The notes beneath the pieces are model-generated. The model had not been told where the DNA came from, made no database searches, and was given only the letters and a program-made list of their open reading frames with translations. A program made the position numbers and the translations under genes. DNA of 64,000 nt, taken from the NCBI GenBank assembly GCA_964016885.1, contig CAXHJY010001252.1, positions 1 through 64,000 of the forward strand. The letters are read 5' to 3'. Position 1 is the stretch's first letter. Every line of letters starts with the position of its first letter. This DNA comes from Eledone cirrhosa. Taxonomy: Eukaryota. Below are positions 28,134-45,530 of the stretch, in pieces.

Positions 28134-28137
<4 letters not shown>
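27967..28137 (+). mobile_element. 3' end of the same LINE family
   Basis: [37 protein letters not shown]. Matches 55696-55818. Confidence 0.85.
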
Positions 28138-28162
<25 letters not shown>

Positions 28163-28168
<6 letters not shown>

Positions 28169-28402
28169 AAAGAATAGAGGTGTAACACACAAGTTATTAT
28201 ATATTGGTAAACGGAATAGAAAATGCTGACAAATTGTTCACAGTTGAAAAATGGTTTAATTAGGAATAAAAGAGTATTAGTGATTGTATGGGTTAGTATT
28301 CAGTTGTGGTTTTAAGTTTTTAAGTTTTGACCGGTTGCGCATTTCTAAATGCTTTTCAAAAATAATTTTGAGATAGAGTGTCCGTGCTGTTTGCTCTGAT
28401 CT
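28163..28402. mobile_element. Unclassified dispersed repeat in (TA)n
   Basis: Reverse-complement match to 48595-48821. Followed by a ~120-bp tandem duplication (28428-28640). Confidence 0.7.
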
Positions 28403-28666
28403 GATTAGTTTTGGGAATTCTACCTGTTTTTATGTTAAAAAAGTGGCTCCAATTTGCAAAAATTCTTGTGGTCAAAACAATTTTGATTGGTCGGTAGAGG
28501 TCATGTGAATGTAAAAAATTGATTTTGCGCCAAGACTATTTTTATGTTAAAAAAGTGGCTCCAGCAAAAATTCTTGTGGTCAAAACAATTTTGATTGGTC
28601 GGTAGAGGTCATGTGAATAAAAAATTGGTTTTGCGCCAAGATTGAGAAATGACTCTTTCACAACAA

Positions 28667-28727
<61 letters not shown>

Positions 28728-28936
28728 AGTCTCTTTGTATGTTGATGTACGCGTGTGTATGTGTGTGTGTATATATGTGTGTGTGTGTGGACCAGTATTT
28801 TTTTCCCCCTGGTAAAATGGTGTACATTATTCGATTTTTTCAGTAAAATCCGTTCTTTTAATAGAACATCAAAAATCTTAACAAAAAAAGGTGTGAAATG
28901 ATATTCACTATATATATATATACACATACATATATC

Positions 28937-29031
<95 letters not shown>

Positions 29032-29170
29032 TACATATATATATGCACATATATTTTTTGTGTTGCACCATAGAGCATGTGTGTTTACGTATGTCATTGT
29101 GTTTATATGTGGGTAGAGATGTGTGCTGATGTAGGTATGTATGTTGACGTGTGTATGTTGTGGGTTCGTT

Positions 29171-29548
29171 TTAGGGAGAAGTGTTTAGACGGGGTCCGTA
29201 TTTGTTAATGAAGTAAGATTCCTTGCTGATGCGCTGGGTGTGGGTGGCATTATCTTTAAATTTGTAGAGGGGAAAGATTCTGAAGTTGGGATGATTTTGG
29301 GCGGCACAGGTATCAATGTGTTCACTCAGTGGTATTTTCCTGTATTCCCGTATTTTGATTTGGGATCTATGGACAGTCATGCGTTGGCGGAGGCTGTTTT
29401 TGGTCTGGCCTATGTATTGTTCTCGACAACCTGAACAAGTTAATACATATATTAGATTTTCCGATGCACATGTGAAATTGTGTTTTACTATAAAACGTTG
29501 TCCATCTTTGAAATAGAATTCCGAACCCTCTATTAGGTTGATGCACCA
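29171..29548 (-). pseudogene. Penelope-like GIY-YIG endonuclease fragment
   Basis: HNFTCASENLIYVLTCSGCREQYIGQTKNSLRQRMTVHRSQIK..ESYFINKYGPRLN. Confidence 0.9.
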
Positions 29549-30195
29549 ATATATATATATATATATATAGTAATAAATATGAACACCAAAACCCGATGAG
29601 GGCTTGATATATATATATGATTTCTAATTTTCAATCTTCATTTCCACTGTGAAACTATAATATTTGGAATTAAGTTTATATTCTCTTAGCGGGTGATGGT
29701 CAATTCTATTGTCCAAGCATAGATTAGGGGTAGTATTGAGGCCTGTTGAACCTCATACTCTGACACCACCACTAGGTTTCAGTGAACGGCCACTGGCAGG
29801 GCGACTAGCAGTAAACTATAACCGTGTCATATTACTGGCCTGGATGGGGGTGATTGTTTGGTTGAGGATGGGGGTCCTGCCTAGGCTAGTTTCGTTGAGT
29901 TTTGGGGTAGTGGATGGATAACTTCCTTCGCATTTGCGCCTGCGCAAATCTGTGGAGGTGAATTGGGGCTCACAAGGGAACGGGCGAAGGACTCAAGAAC
30001 ACGCGCTATGTCCGTTCCCTTGTCGTTTTACTTTGGATTGCCTCGGGAACGTAACCTTATTATGTAAGAAGCTGTCTGATGATGTCACGACACTGGGTAC
30101 ACGGAATCGTGTGGCCAGTGTAGTCATTGAAATATGTATCAGCATTATCAACAAAGGACTTTAACATCTGAGACTATTTCGCATTTGTTTATTCA

Positions 30196-30228
<33 letters not shown>

Positions 30229-30397
30229 TATAATATATATATATATAATATATATATATATAATATATATAATATATATATATATAATATATATATATAT
30301 AATATATATATATAATATATATATATAATATATATATATATAATATATATATATAAATAATATATATATATAATATATATATATATAATAAATTGAA

Positions 30398-30506
30398 ACA
30401 AAATGAAAACGAAATTTCATTTCTCACTCTTAGTATGGCACTTACTTAAATGTAAGTATGCATGTATACGTACATACATATATGTATACAGACGTACAGT
30501 AGCATG

Positions 30507-30554
<48 letters not shown>

Positions 30555-30701
30555 TACATATGCATACAGGTACACATACATATATGCACGTATCAGTTTA
30601 GCGGCGCTAACGTCGCTTTGTTCGTTTGTAAACAAACTGAACAGCCTGAATTTATGCCATACGGTGTTAAGGCAACCACGTCACCTTTTTGTTCAACACT
30701 G
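30398..30701. mobile_element. Family H4 fragment truncated just short of the HHR
   Basis: Matches the reverse complement of 50685-51000 and ends at ttcaacactga. Confidence 0.85.
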
Positions 30702-30702
30702 A

Positions 30703-32823
<2,121 letters not shown>

Positions 32824-32825
<2 letters not shown>

Positions 32826-34162
32826 GTAGGAGGTGAGTTTTATTGTAGTACAATAAAGCAATGCAGATATCGGATAAGAAGCACTCTACAGTTTGTAGGA
32901 CTGGAGTATACATAATATAAGATGTACAGATTTGTTTTCTATCTGCCTGCATAAATTCCATAGGACTTTTCACAAAGCATACAGTTAATATTCAATTCTT
33001 TATCAATTCAGAATCTTTTCTCAAAGGCACATATACATACACCTCTTTAAAATATACCCATCTTCCTACCTTTCTTTAAAGGGCATTATACACTCTATAA
33101 TACTTGTTTACTCATTCCCCTCACTCTATCTTCACCTTGTAAAATCCTTCATAACATATACATTTGTTTTTTTGACGTTAGAATATTCATCCGCAATCAT
33201 TATTATTTTTTCTCTCTATCATAAATCTTTTTAATCTCAATTTCATCCTTAATTTATTATTTTTTTCTCCCCCATCAACGAACTCATTCTTAATACATAT
33301 TAACTCTTTATTCGCATATATTATCAATTCCTTCAATATACAAACTTTAACTTCACATTATTTTTCTCAAATCCTTCTACACACAAACCTTAATAATTTT
33401 TCTCTTCGTTAATTTTGAAATTGCCACAATACTTATCAACATACACTTTTTTTGACGTTAGAATATTCATCTACAATTATTATTTTTTCTCTCTATCTTC
33501 ATACATAAATTCCCTTCGTTAATTTTCAAATTCCTTTAATTTATACATTATCTTCCAACGGTTCTCAACCTCTCTATGTAAAACAATATATCTTTTTCTC
33601 AGTTATAAAAACTTTCTCTTTCTCTCTATCACCCATCTCTCCCTCTCCACCTTCACTCTCATCTCCTCCCCCTTTTTTCATCTTTTTCACCCCCCCCTCC
33701 CTAAATAAAATATGTTTCCTCGCACATATCCTCCCTACGTTAATTTTCAAATTTATTTTATTTATACATTATCTTCCAACGGTTTTCAACCTCTCTATGT
33801 AAAACAATATATCTCCTCTCAGTTATAAAAACTATCTCTTTCTCTCTATCACCCATCTCTCCCTCTCATCTCCTCCCCTTTTTCATCCTTTCCACCCCCC
33901 CTCTCATCTCCTCCCCTTTTTCATCCTTTCCAACCCCCTCTCTAAATAAAATATTTTTCCCAATATCACACATCAATCTAAAACCACTTTTCATATGTTG
34001 ATTTAAAACTGCACTATCCACAAGTGTTTTTTAGCCTTCATATCATGTTCTCCTGTTTTATCTGATGAAAACACAAATATTATTGCATGATGATGTTTGT
34101 TTTTGAAATGCGCATAATAAAATACATGGAACTCCTTTAACCATCTTTTGATCTTATATTAT
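32824..34162 (+). mobile_element. Family H8 pLTR-like element with inverted tail at its 5' end
   Basis: 32824-32922 is the reverse complement of 59157-59256. Pyrimidine-rich body with internal duplications, and an HHR near the 3' end. Confidence 0.75.
34055..34123 (+). ncRNA. Type-I hammerhead ribozyme with long stem II (family H8)
   Basis: gttttat-CTGATGA-aaacacaaatattattgcatgatgatgtttgttttt-GAA-at gcgc at-A-ataaaat. Confidence 0.88.
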
Positions 34163-34172
34163 ATTATATATA

Positions 34173-34241
<69 letters not shown>

Positions 34242-34371
34242 GGAAAGTTATATTTAAATTGTTGGGTTAACAACGAGTAAATATTTATAACTGATATAAA
34301 AGCACTCAACAAGTATTTGGAGTATATTTATGATATTAAATAAATGGAAACTATATTTATAAAACCATATT

Positions 34372-34437
34372 TATTTCGTTATATATATTTCAGGGATATC
34401 ATATTAATAATATGTTATGCCTTCTTCAGACAAAATA
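34372..34437 (-). ncRNA. Type-I hammerhead ribozyme (family H9)
   Basis: tattttgt-CTGAAGA-aggcataacatatt att aatatgatatccct-GAA-atatatat-A-acgaaata. 8-bp stem I, AUA triplet. Confidence 0.85.
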
Positions 34438-35030
34438 CAATATAAACAGTCTTATAAATAAATAGATACGACATACCTTTCAATCACCTTGCATTTGGGA
34501 GGTTGATTTGGCAGTAAAAAATATTGTGGACAGTTGTAAAAAGAAAGAGAGAAAGAAAGAAAGAGAAACGAAGAAAAAGAAGAAATGCATGTGACTAAAT
34601 AGAGAGATATAGAAAGATAGATAAAGAGAAGAACTTCATGTAAAGAAACAGAGAGAAATATATAGAGAGAGAGGAAAAAAGAAAGAGATAGATAGAGATA
34701 GATAGAGAAACTAGGAAGTTGAGTATCGGTTGATACATTTATTTATTTATTTATTTATTTATTTAGCTCTAGTATTAATGTAAAGAGAGATGTATGTAGT
34801 TAAGAGAGAAAATAGCCGTTATATAGAGAGAAAAAAGAGAAAATGAAAAATAACCAGACATAAACGAGGCAGAATTTAAAAACGCCATGTTTCATCCTGT
34901 AGAAAATATTAGTTCGTATAAAACAGGCATTATAATGTAAATAACATTATACATATATTGTATTTTATATAACGAAATAAATATGGTTTTATAATATAGT
35001 TTCCATTTATTTAATATCATATATATATAT

Positions 35031-35062
<32 letters not shown>

Positions 35063-35185
35063 ATATATTATATATATATATATATATTATATTATATATA
35101 TATTATATATATATATATATTATATATATATATTATATATATATATTATATATATATGTATATATATATATATATTATATATATA

Positions 35186-35217
<32 letters not shown>

Positions 35218-35269
35218 TATAAAATATATATATATATATATATATTATAAAATATATATATATTATATA

Positions 35270-35312
<43 letters not shown>

Positions 35313-35313
35313 A

Positions 35314-35345
<32 letters not shown>

Positions 35346-35356
35346 TATATTATATA

Positions 35357-35455
<99 letters not shown>

Positions 35456-35573
35456 ATATTATATATATATATTATATATATTATATATATATATATTATA
35501 TATATATTATATATATATATATTATATATATATGTATTATATATATATGTATTATATATATATATATATGTAT

Positions 35574-35605
<32 letters not shown>

Positions 35606-35967
35606 ATATTATATATATATATTATATATATATATGTATTATATATATATATATATTATATATATATATATATTATATATATATATTATATATATATATA
35701 TATTATATATATTATATATATATATATTATATATATATATATTATATATATATATATATTATATATATATATTATATATATATGTATTATATATATATAT
35801 ATTATATATATATATGTATTATATATATATATATATTATATATATATTATATATATATATATATTATATATATATATTATATATATATATATATTATATA
35901 TATATATATATTATATATATATATATATTATATATATTATATATATATATATATTATATATATATAT

Positions 35968-35999
<32 letters not shown>

Positions 36000-36005
36000 A
36001 TATAT

Positions 36006-36048
<43 letters not shown>

Positions 36049-36170
36049 ATATATATTATATATTATATATATATATATATATTATATATATATATATATA
36101 TTATATATTATATATATATATATATTATATATATTATATATTATATATATATATATATATTATATATATA

Positions 36171-36212
<42 letters not shown>

Positions 36213-36312
36213 CATATATTATATATATATATATATATATAAAATATATATATATATTATATATATATATATATTATATATATTATATATATATATATAT
36301 ATTATATATATA

Positions 36313-36399
<87 letters not shown>

Positions 36400-36492
36400 A
36401 TATTATATATTATATATATATATATATATTATATATATATATATTATATATTATATATATATATATATATTATATATATATATATTATATAT

Positions 36493-36524
<32 letters not shown>

Positions 36525-36580
36525 ATATTATATATATATATATTATATATTATATATATATATATTATATATATATATAT

Positions 36581-36612
<32 letters not shown>

Positions 36613-36715
36613 ATATATTATATATATATATATATTATATATATATATATATTATATATATATATATATTATATATATATATATATTATATATTATATAT
36701 ATATATATATATTAT

Positions 36716-36910
36716 ATAGGAACCAGTAAGACCCCGACAGCTGAGCTCAAGCCGTTTCGACGGCTAATTCTGGACCAGAATTAGCCGTCGAAACGGCTTG
36801 AGCTCAGCTGTCGGGTCTTACTGGTTCCTATTACCCAGTCTACTACCTCAAGTATTGAGTACATTGGTGCGTTATGGTCCACCTGGTTCCTTACCACATT
36901 TCCTTCGTTA
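36716..36910 (+). mobile_element. Family H5 hairpin element (~195 bp)
   Basis: Palindrome 36716-36831 with axis 36774, then a tail ending ccttcgtta, inside (TA)n. Confidence 0.9.
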
Positions 36911-36948
36911 TATATTATATATATATATATATATATTATATATTATAT

Positions 36949-37022
<74 letters not shown>

Positions 37023-37639
37023 TATATATATATATATATTATATATTATATATATATATATATATTATATATTATATATATATATATTATATATTATATA
37101 TATATATATTCTATATTATATATATATATTATATATATATATTATATATTATATATATATATATTATATATATATATATTATATATATATATATATATTA
37201 TATATTATATATATATATTATATATTATATATATATATATTATATATTATATATATATATATTATATATATATATATTATAAATTATATATATATATATT
37301 ATATATATATATATATTATATATATATATATATTATATATATATATATTATATATTATATATATATATATATATTATATTATATATATATATTATATATT
37401 ATATATTATATATATATATATATTATATATATATATATTATATATTATATATATATATTATATATATATATTATATATATATATATTATATATTATATAT
37501 ATATATTATATATATATATATATATTATATATATATATATTATATATATATATATATATTATATATTATATATATATATATTATATATATATATTATATA
37601 TTATATATATATATATTATATATATATATATATATATTA

Positions 37640-37670
<31 letters not shown>

Positions 37671-38014
37671 ATATATATATTATTTATTATATATATATAT
37701 TATATATATATATATATCTATAATATAGAAATGGCTTCTACAGGACTAGAACTGTTTCATTCCAAAGAAATCATTGAGTACCTTACTTACTGTGGTTACC
37801 CCCCGATTGAACCCGGGACACACACACACTCACACACAGACGCAATATTTTATTACGTCAAGCATTGGATTGAGCATGGGACTATGTAGTCAGCAGATGT
37901 AGACAGTTATTGTACCGAAACACATGTTAAGGAATCAACTCTCAATAAATTCCTCCTTCCGACCAATTCTTCCTGTCTAGTTATTCCTGTTTTTCCTGGT
38001 ACCGTACTTATTAT

Positions 38015-38068
<54 letters not shown>

Positions 38069-38070
<2 letters not shown>

Positions 38071-38272
38071 ACAAAGGAATTCTGGTAAGGAACCAGATGG
38101 ACCATAACGCACCAGAGTACTCAATACTTAGGGTAGTAGAGTGGGAAATAGGTAAAAGTATGACCCCGACGGCACAGCTCAAGCCGTTTCGACGGCTATT
38201 TCTGGACTCAGAGTCCAGAAATAGCCGTCGAAACGACTTTAGCTCTGCCGTCGGGGTCATACCTTTTCCTAT
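38069..38272 (-). mobile_element. Family H5 hairpin element
   Basis: Palindrome 38149-38272 with axis 38210, plus tail. Confidence 0.9.
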
Positions 38273-38275
38273 ATC

Positions 38276-38340
<65 letters not shown>

Positions 38341-38943
38341 AATGATGCATACACATTTGCACGCACGCGCACACACACATACTTATATATAGAATGTACG
38401 TGAGGATGTACGCAAAAGTATAAGAGCGATTTAATTACAAATATAGGAAACTAATATAGGTGCGGGTGCATATGTATGGTTATATATGAGTCAGTGAAAG
38501 AGTGTATAAATAGGAGAGGAGGCGTGTGTGTATATGGGAAGCTTATCTGTTCCGTTGTATTGATATATATACAGTGTTTTTATTTGTGTGATGTCGATGG
38601 CAGAATTGTATGTTATTTAAATCGTACAAGATATCGTGTTTGTATACAACACACATACTTTGTGTCAGGCATTATACTGTGTCTTATTGATACTTGTATC
38701 TGTAGAAAGTTACAACTCTCACCCCTCTCTGTTCTGGATTGTATTTAGTATGTGTACACATCAAAGTATGCACACGTGTGCGTGTTTGTTATTTCTGCTC
38801 TATCTAGGCATCATATGTGTGGTCTTTGATATTTGTAGGCAACAACATATATCTTTCTCATTCTATCTTCTGATAAATGACTAACGTCCGAAAAGTTATG
38901 GGACTTTTCTACTATTACTCAATAACTCTATTAGTCAAGTTAG

Positions 38944-39392
38944 TGAAAACGCATGGCTTAGTTGTTAGAGCTTATAATTGTGAGGTTGTGAGTTTGATTA
39001 TTGGACCGGGTTCTGCGTTGTGTCCTTGAGCAAGACACTTTATTTCATGTTGCTCGAGCCAGTTCACTCAGCTGTAGAAATGAGTTGCGACGTCATTTGT
39101 GCCAAGCTGTATCGGTCATTACCTTTTCATTAGATAACATATATAGTGTATATATAGTATATGAAGTGTATATATAGAATGGTTATATATGTTGTCACAT
39201 CCCTTATGGCAAGCTGTATCGGCCATTGCCTTTCCCTTGGACAACATCTGTGAATGAAGAGGGGAGACTGGTATACATGGGCGACTGCTGGTCTTCCACA
39301 AACAACCTTGCCAGGTCTTGTGCCCCGCAAGAGAACTTCTAGGTGCAACTCCCATAGTCATTCGTGACCGAAGGAGGTCTTTACCCTTACTT
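38944..39392 (+). mobile_element. SINE family B, long copy
   Basis: tRNA-like head ggcttagttgttagag..gagtttgatt, then caagacactttatttca..cagctgtagaaatgag, ending in a tttacccttac tail. Confidence 0.75.
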
Positions 39393-39397
39393 TATTA

Positions 39398-39802
39398 CGT
39401 GTTCTCCCCAACAGGCTGAGGCCATGCTGGGGCACCGCCCTTAATGCTACACTCTCTACAATATCGTGTTCTCCCCGACAGGCTGAGGCCATGCTGGGAC
39501 ACCGCCCTTAATGCTACACTCTCTACAATATCGTGTTTCCCCCGACAGGCTGAGGCCATACTGGGGCACCTCCCTTAATGCTACACTCTCTACAATATCG
39601 TGTTCCACTCGACATACTGAGGCCATGCTGGGGCACCGCCATTTATTCTACACTCTCTACACCATCGTGTTCCACTCGACATACTGAGGCCATGCTGGGG
39701 CACCGCCATTAATTCTACACTCTCTACACCATCGTGTTCCACCCGTCAAACTGAGGCCATACTGGGGCACCGCCATTAAAGCTACACTCTCTGCAATATC
39801 GT
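39398..39802. repeat. 66-67-bp minisatellite, 6 copies
   Basis: Unit gctgaggccatgctggggcaccgcccttaatgctacactctctacaatatcgtgtt. The core matches the reverse complement of 57387-57411. Confidence 0.9.
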
Positions 39803-39822
39803 CATTATACAGCTCTGGGGGT

Positions 39823-39960
39823 AAATCCCGCCGAGGTTAACTTTGCCTTTCATCCTTACGGGGTCGATAAAATAAAGTACCAGTAATGCACTGGATTTGA
39901 TATAATCGACTTTTCCCTCTTCCTTCAAATTATTAACCTTGTGACATTGTTAAAAAGAAT
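39823..39960 (+). mobile_element. SINE family A, 3' fragment (variant)
   Basis: aaatcccgccgaggttaactttgcctttcatcc... Confidence 0.8.
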
Positions 39961-41646
39961 TATCATCACAATCACCATCATCGTCACCTCCCCCCCCCCA
40001 TGTCCCCCTCCTTCCTACCTCCCCCTCCTCCTCCTCATTATCATCTTCATCACCATCGCTGTCATCACCATCATCGTCTTCATCATCAACACCAACTCCA
40101 TCATCATCATCATCGCCATCAACACCATCAACGACTCCACCCCCCCTACACTACCACCAACATCACTCACACTACCACCACCACTACCACCACCCACACC
40201 ACCACTCACACTACCACTCACACTACCACTCACACTACCACCACTACCACCACCCACACCACCACCCACATCACCACTCACACTACCACCTACACTACCA
40301 CCAACATCACCCACACTACCACCACCCACACCACCACCTACACTACCACCACCTCTACCACCACCCACACCACCACCTACACTACCACCAACACTACCAC
40401 CACTACCACCACCCACACCACCACCCACATCACTCACACTACCACCTACATTACCACCACTACCACCACCCACATCACCACTCACACTACCACCTACACT
40501 ACCACCAACACCACCCACTCTACCACCACCACTACCACCACCACCACTACCACCACCCACATCACCACTCACTCTACCACCCACACTACCACCAACACCA
40601 CCCACAATACCACCACCACTACCACCACCCACATCACCACTCACACTACCACCCACACTACCACCAACACCACCCACACTATGACCACCACTACCACCAC
40701 CCCCACCCCCACCCACGTCACCACTCACACTACCACCCACACTACCATCATCGCCATCCTCAATACTTCAGCCTCTACTACAATATCAGCCATGGGCTTC
40801 CTGGTTTTAATTACCGTCTGGAACCTCCTGGGACGCCAATGTGGAGCCAGACGAAGGATCATTTCATCATTGGAAAACCATGTACAACAACAACAACAAC
40901 ACCAACACCAACAACATCGCCTCCACCAACAACACCAACATAAACAACACCTAGAACACCAACACAACACCAACACCACCAACAGCAACACCACCAACAA
41001 CACCAACAACAACACTAACATCAACACCAACACCAACAACAACAAAAACAACAACACCAACACCACCAACACCAACAACAACACCTACAACACCACCACC
41101 ACCACCACCAACAACAACACCAATAACAACACCACCACCTCCACCAACACCAACAACACCACCAACAAGATCACGACCAACAACAACACCACCACCAACA
41201 ACACCAACACCGACAACAACCAAAACAACAACACCAACACCATTAACAACACCAACAACACCAACAACAACACCTACACCACCACCACCAACAACACCAA
41301 TAACAACACCACCACCACCTACAACACCACCAACATCACCATCAACAACACCACCACCACCAACAACAACAAATACACCAACACCAACAACACCACCAAC
41401 AACACCACGAACACCACGAACACCAACAACACCACCACCGCCAACACTACTACTACTCCTACTACAACTATTACTGCTGCTGCTGCTGCTGCTACTACTG
41501 CTGCTATTACTGGTACTACTACTACTATTACTACAACTATTACTACTACTACTACTACAGCTGCTGCTGCTACTACTACTACTACTACTACTATACTACA
41601 CAACAACATCAACAACAACAGAAAAATTAATTATTACGGTTATTAC

Positions 41647-41691
<45 letters not shown>

Positions 41692-41700
41692 CATTATTAA
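39960..41700. repeat. CAT/CAC/CAA/CTA/TTA trinucleotide mosaic
   Basis: Directly visible. Confidence 0.9.
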
Positions 41701-42115
41701 TATTGTGGGAAGAAGAAGAAAAGAGCCTAGAATGGTGATGACGGCCTGGCTGACTGGCTGCACGGTTTATAGCAATGAGTGATTTCTGAAAGATGGTGAA
41801 GACCAGAGGCGCCATCTATGATAATGTGTCATGGCCGACTAGAGTAGGAAGCTGGGAGGGGAAGTAAATATGATAGTTGATGTTTGCTGGGTGGAGGAGA
41901 TATTTTAATGGGGGAGTAGGGTGTCGGAGTGAAGTAGCGTAGGGGGCGACACTGTACTTGTTTTAATGCACTGGCATGTTTTGTTTATTACTGTGTGGGA
42001 GAAGGGGGAGGTAAGGAGGTGTAAAATGGGAACTGCAATGTGTATGTGTATTAATGAATATATGTATATATATATATATACATAAATAAATGTGTATATA
42101 GATATACATAAATAA

Positions 42116-42174
<59 letters not shown>

Positions 42175-42376
42175 TGTATATATGATATATATATATATAT
42201 ATATATAAATATGTATATATATATATATAAATAAATATGTATATATGATATATATGTATATAAATATGTATATATATATATATAAATAAATATGATATAT
42301 ATGTATATATATGTATATATATATATAAATAAATATGTATATATGATATATATGTATATATATATAAATAAATATG

Positions 42377-42433
<57 letters not shown>

Positions 42434-42617
42434 ACTGTGTGTGTCTATATGTATACATCTATGTGTGTGAGTATGTCTATGTTTGATAGACTTGCAATTG
42501 TTGTTCCATAATTAATATTTGACAAATTAGATTTGAAATCAATTTCTTTTTCTCTATTAACTGACATTTCAACTTCCTATATTTACATATACGCCCCCCC
42601 CCCCCTCTCTCTCCATA

Positions 42618-42674
<57 letters not shown>

Positions 42675-42736
42675 TTGGGAGAAACAAGAAGCTGTGTGGT
42701 TACTTGATAAAATGTATTTAGAAATAAAAGGAAAGC

Positions 42737-42767
42737 ACAAACGGGGTACAATCCCTTCATCAGTTGT
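42737..42767 (-). ncRNA. Degenerate hammerhead (GAAA/stem III missing) downstream of a PLE ORF
   Basis: acaa-CTGATGA-aggg attgta cccc-gt-ttgt. Confidence 0.4.
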
Positions 42768-43221
42768 CTTTTGAATGTCACGGACATTTCAACGCATTAA
42801 AGATAATATGTCTAACTCCAGTGCGTCAATAACTTGTGGTAGTTATTGGGGTGGGGGGAGGGGGAGGAGAAAAAATGAAACAGAATGGGAAAAAATGATA
42901 TATATATATATATATATAGTGATAGAACACTGGAAGGTAATATCCGTAGTGGTAGAGCACTCAGTCCATGGGACGGGTTAGGTAGAAGTGGTCACACAAC
43001 AGTTAGTTCACCATACCGAGAACAATTGTTTCACCATAGCGGATCCTCAGCTCGTAATGGACATGGTTATACGGAACAGGAAGGACAACCGTACGAACGC
43101 GCATGCGCAGAAACCGGTCACTTCAGACAGGCAATATTAAAATGCGTGTTAAAGGTGTAAGAGAGATAACTGCGAAAGTCCGAAAAGTTTCTAGTTGATA
43201 AGAAAATTATGATGTTGTAAT

Positions 43222-43988
43222 TCAATCCGAAGCTTTGTAGTTATGCAAGAGGTGTTTTGAGACGTGTGGACAACGTGTGAAGAATTCATTTCTCGTGTTT
43301 AGGCAATCACTATTGCATAATCTCTTTAGAATATTTATTCGTTCATCAATATATAGTCCACTCGACGGACTTCCCCTTGCGGATGGCTTGGACTTAGTGA
43401 TGCCTTTCCATTGAATGGAATAGTCTATACTTGAGTCCTTGAGAGACCATACGTGGCTCGCGAGTTTCGTGGATGAACGTCTGTCCGGGTACCTAAAGGT
43501 CGACTGGTGGTTCAGTAAACATTCCTTAAATCGGGCCTCCGCCATATCCAAATGGTGGTTGATTAGTTCGGTTGGAAGTGACCAAAGCTTCATAAATTAC
43601 AGCGGGTGTGTTGCATTGCTGTTGAAGGGGACAAGCTTCGGGCTTACGGCAAGAGCACCCTAGTGGGGTGTTGCTCCTAGGGCTGCTGGTGATGTGGGCC
43701 TTCATGTTCTTAGCGCAGGAGTATCCTAGTTTTACTTTGTGTCGGTTAAAGATGGAGCGGTATTTATGACCTATGAGAAAGTGTCTATCTAAGAGGGCTA
43801 GAAATTGTTTGCCTACATTGGTTTTAACGTTGAGTGAGAAGAGAGGAGAGAACCAGATAGTTTGTCTATTGTTATGATTTCTTTTCTTATTGTTGTTGTT
43901 GTTAGTGGGAGAGTAAGTGATAGGTATCGAGAAGCCGCTGTTAGCTAACGCCGTGTTATAGTAGGGTGCCGCACTGTCAAAGATAGCC
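43222..43988 (-). pseudogene. Penelope-like ORF remnant (thumb, linker, GIY-YIG C-terminus)
   Basis: APYYNTALANSGF..TIWFSPLFSLNVKTNVGKQFLALLDRHF..IFNRHKVKLGYSC and FKECLLNHQSTF..STKLASHVWSLK..LNTRNEFFTRCPH. Confidence 0.88.
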
Positions 43989-44189
43989 TAATAGGAAAAT
44001 GTTCAAGACCACGACGGCAGAGCTCGAGCCGTTTCGACAGCTATTTCTGGATTCCAGAAATAGCCGTCGAAACGGCTCGAGCTCTGCCGTCGGGGTCTTG
44101 AACATTTTCCTATTACCCATTCTACTACCCTAAGTATTGAGTACTCTGGTGCGTTATGGTCCACCTGCTTCCTTACCACACTTCTTTCG

Positions 44190-44192
<3 letters not shown>
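43989..44192 (+). mobile_element. Family H5 hairpin element
   Basis: Palindrome 43989-44115 with axis 44052, plus tail. Abuts the PLE ORF remnant. Confidence 0.9.
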
Positions 44193-44237
<45 letters not shown>

Positions 44238-44238
<1 letters not shown>

Positions 44239-45530
44239 TACAAAAGAAACGGAAACAACAAAACAAAACATCCGCAGGGCCATACGGACGGAGGGACTTG
44301 ACATACATTTGGCCCACACAGGACCTTCGCTGCGAAGATGCCTCTCCAACAAACCCGACGAGTCAGGTGGGACGTGTTCCCTCAGCAACTGCCCGATACG
44401 GGGGGTAGATTGCCTACGCACCTATGTCGTATATAAGATTCAATGCGATAAATGTAACAAGTTTTACATAGGTAGCACCATCCGACCCCTACATGTTCGT
44501 ATCAAGGAACATATCAACACCAACGCATCTTCCTTCCGTAAACACATCCTTAAATGCGGAAACCCACAGGGTAGACCCTTGGTCACAGTCCTAGCGACTG
44601 AACGCAGCATCGGATCCTTAAGGATAAAGGAAGCACTTGTTATTAAGAACCTCAGACCCCCACTTAACAACCGGGCTGACATGGCTAACTTAACCATAGT
44701 GACTATTCACAGCCCTTACGGCCTGCTTTTTTCACACACACGCACGTATATGCATACCCATACGCATACACACACACATCTATATTTATACACGCACACA
44801 TGTTTTTACAACCTACCACCTTTCACACCCTTTGATTTCCAGCTTCTACAGCCCACTATCTTTCACACACACACGCACTCACACATATACACACACAGTT
44901 ACACACACATGTATACCCATACGCTTACACACACACATCTATATTTATACACGCACACATGTTTTACAACCTACCACCTTTCACACCCTTTGATTTCCAG
45001 CTTCTACAGCCCACTATCTTTCACACACACACACACTCACATATATACACACTTACACATATACACACACAGTTACACACACATATATATTTACACACAC
45101 ATATCTTACGGCTTTCACACGCTAGCGCACCCTCTTGATTTAACCCATTTGGTCAGTAGCTTTTGCCACAGCCTATCACGCGCACGCGCATTCTTTCCCT
45201 CATTTAAATTTTAAATAATTTTTTTTTCTCCCCATAACGGCATTCCTGTTTTAACGACATCACAACTTTCTCCGCTTAGCCTGTTCCCCCCCTTTTGGAA
45301 CTTTCCCCCGTTGATGGGCGTGAGCCCGAAATATTGGGATTAAATCTCCACTACGGTAACCCTTCTACCTTTGTTTTGTTTTCATCTTTGTCTCTCTCAA
45401 TTTTCACTTTATCCTATTCTCCTATCTATCATTCACTTCCTACCTCGAGATTTCCCTCTGCATTGTTGTGGCTTTCTAAACTACGTATTTTACACATTTC
45501 ACAATGCTTCAAGCAAACTTTAACACCCTC

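Noticed and set aside
38865-38905. CTGATAA-gac taac gtc-GAAA motif
   Set aside because: Core mutated and stems I and III unconvincing.
40760-40885. Unique island that might be an exon
   Set aside because: Short, with no recognisable peptide in the frames read.
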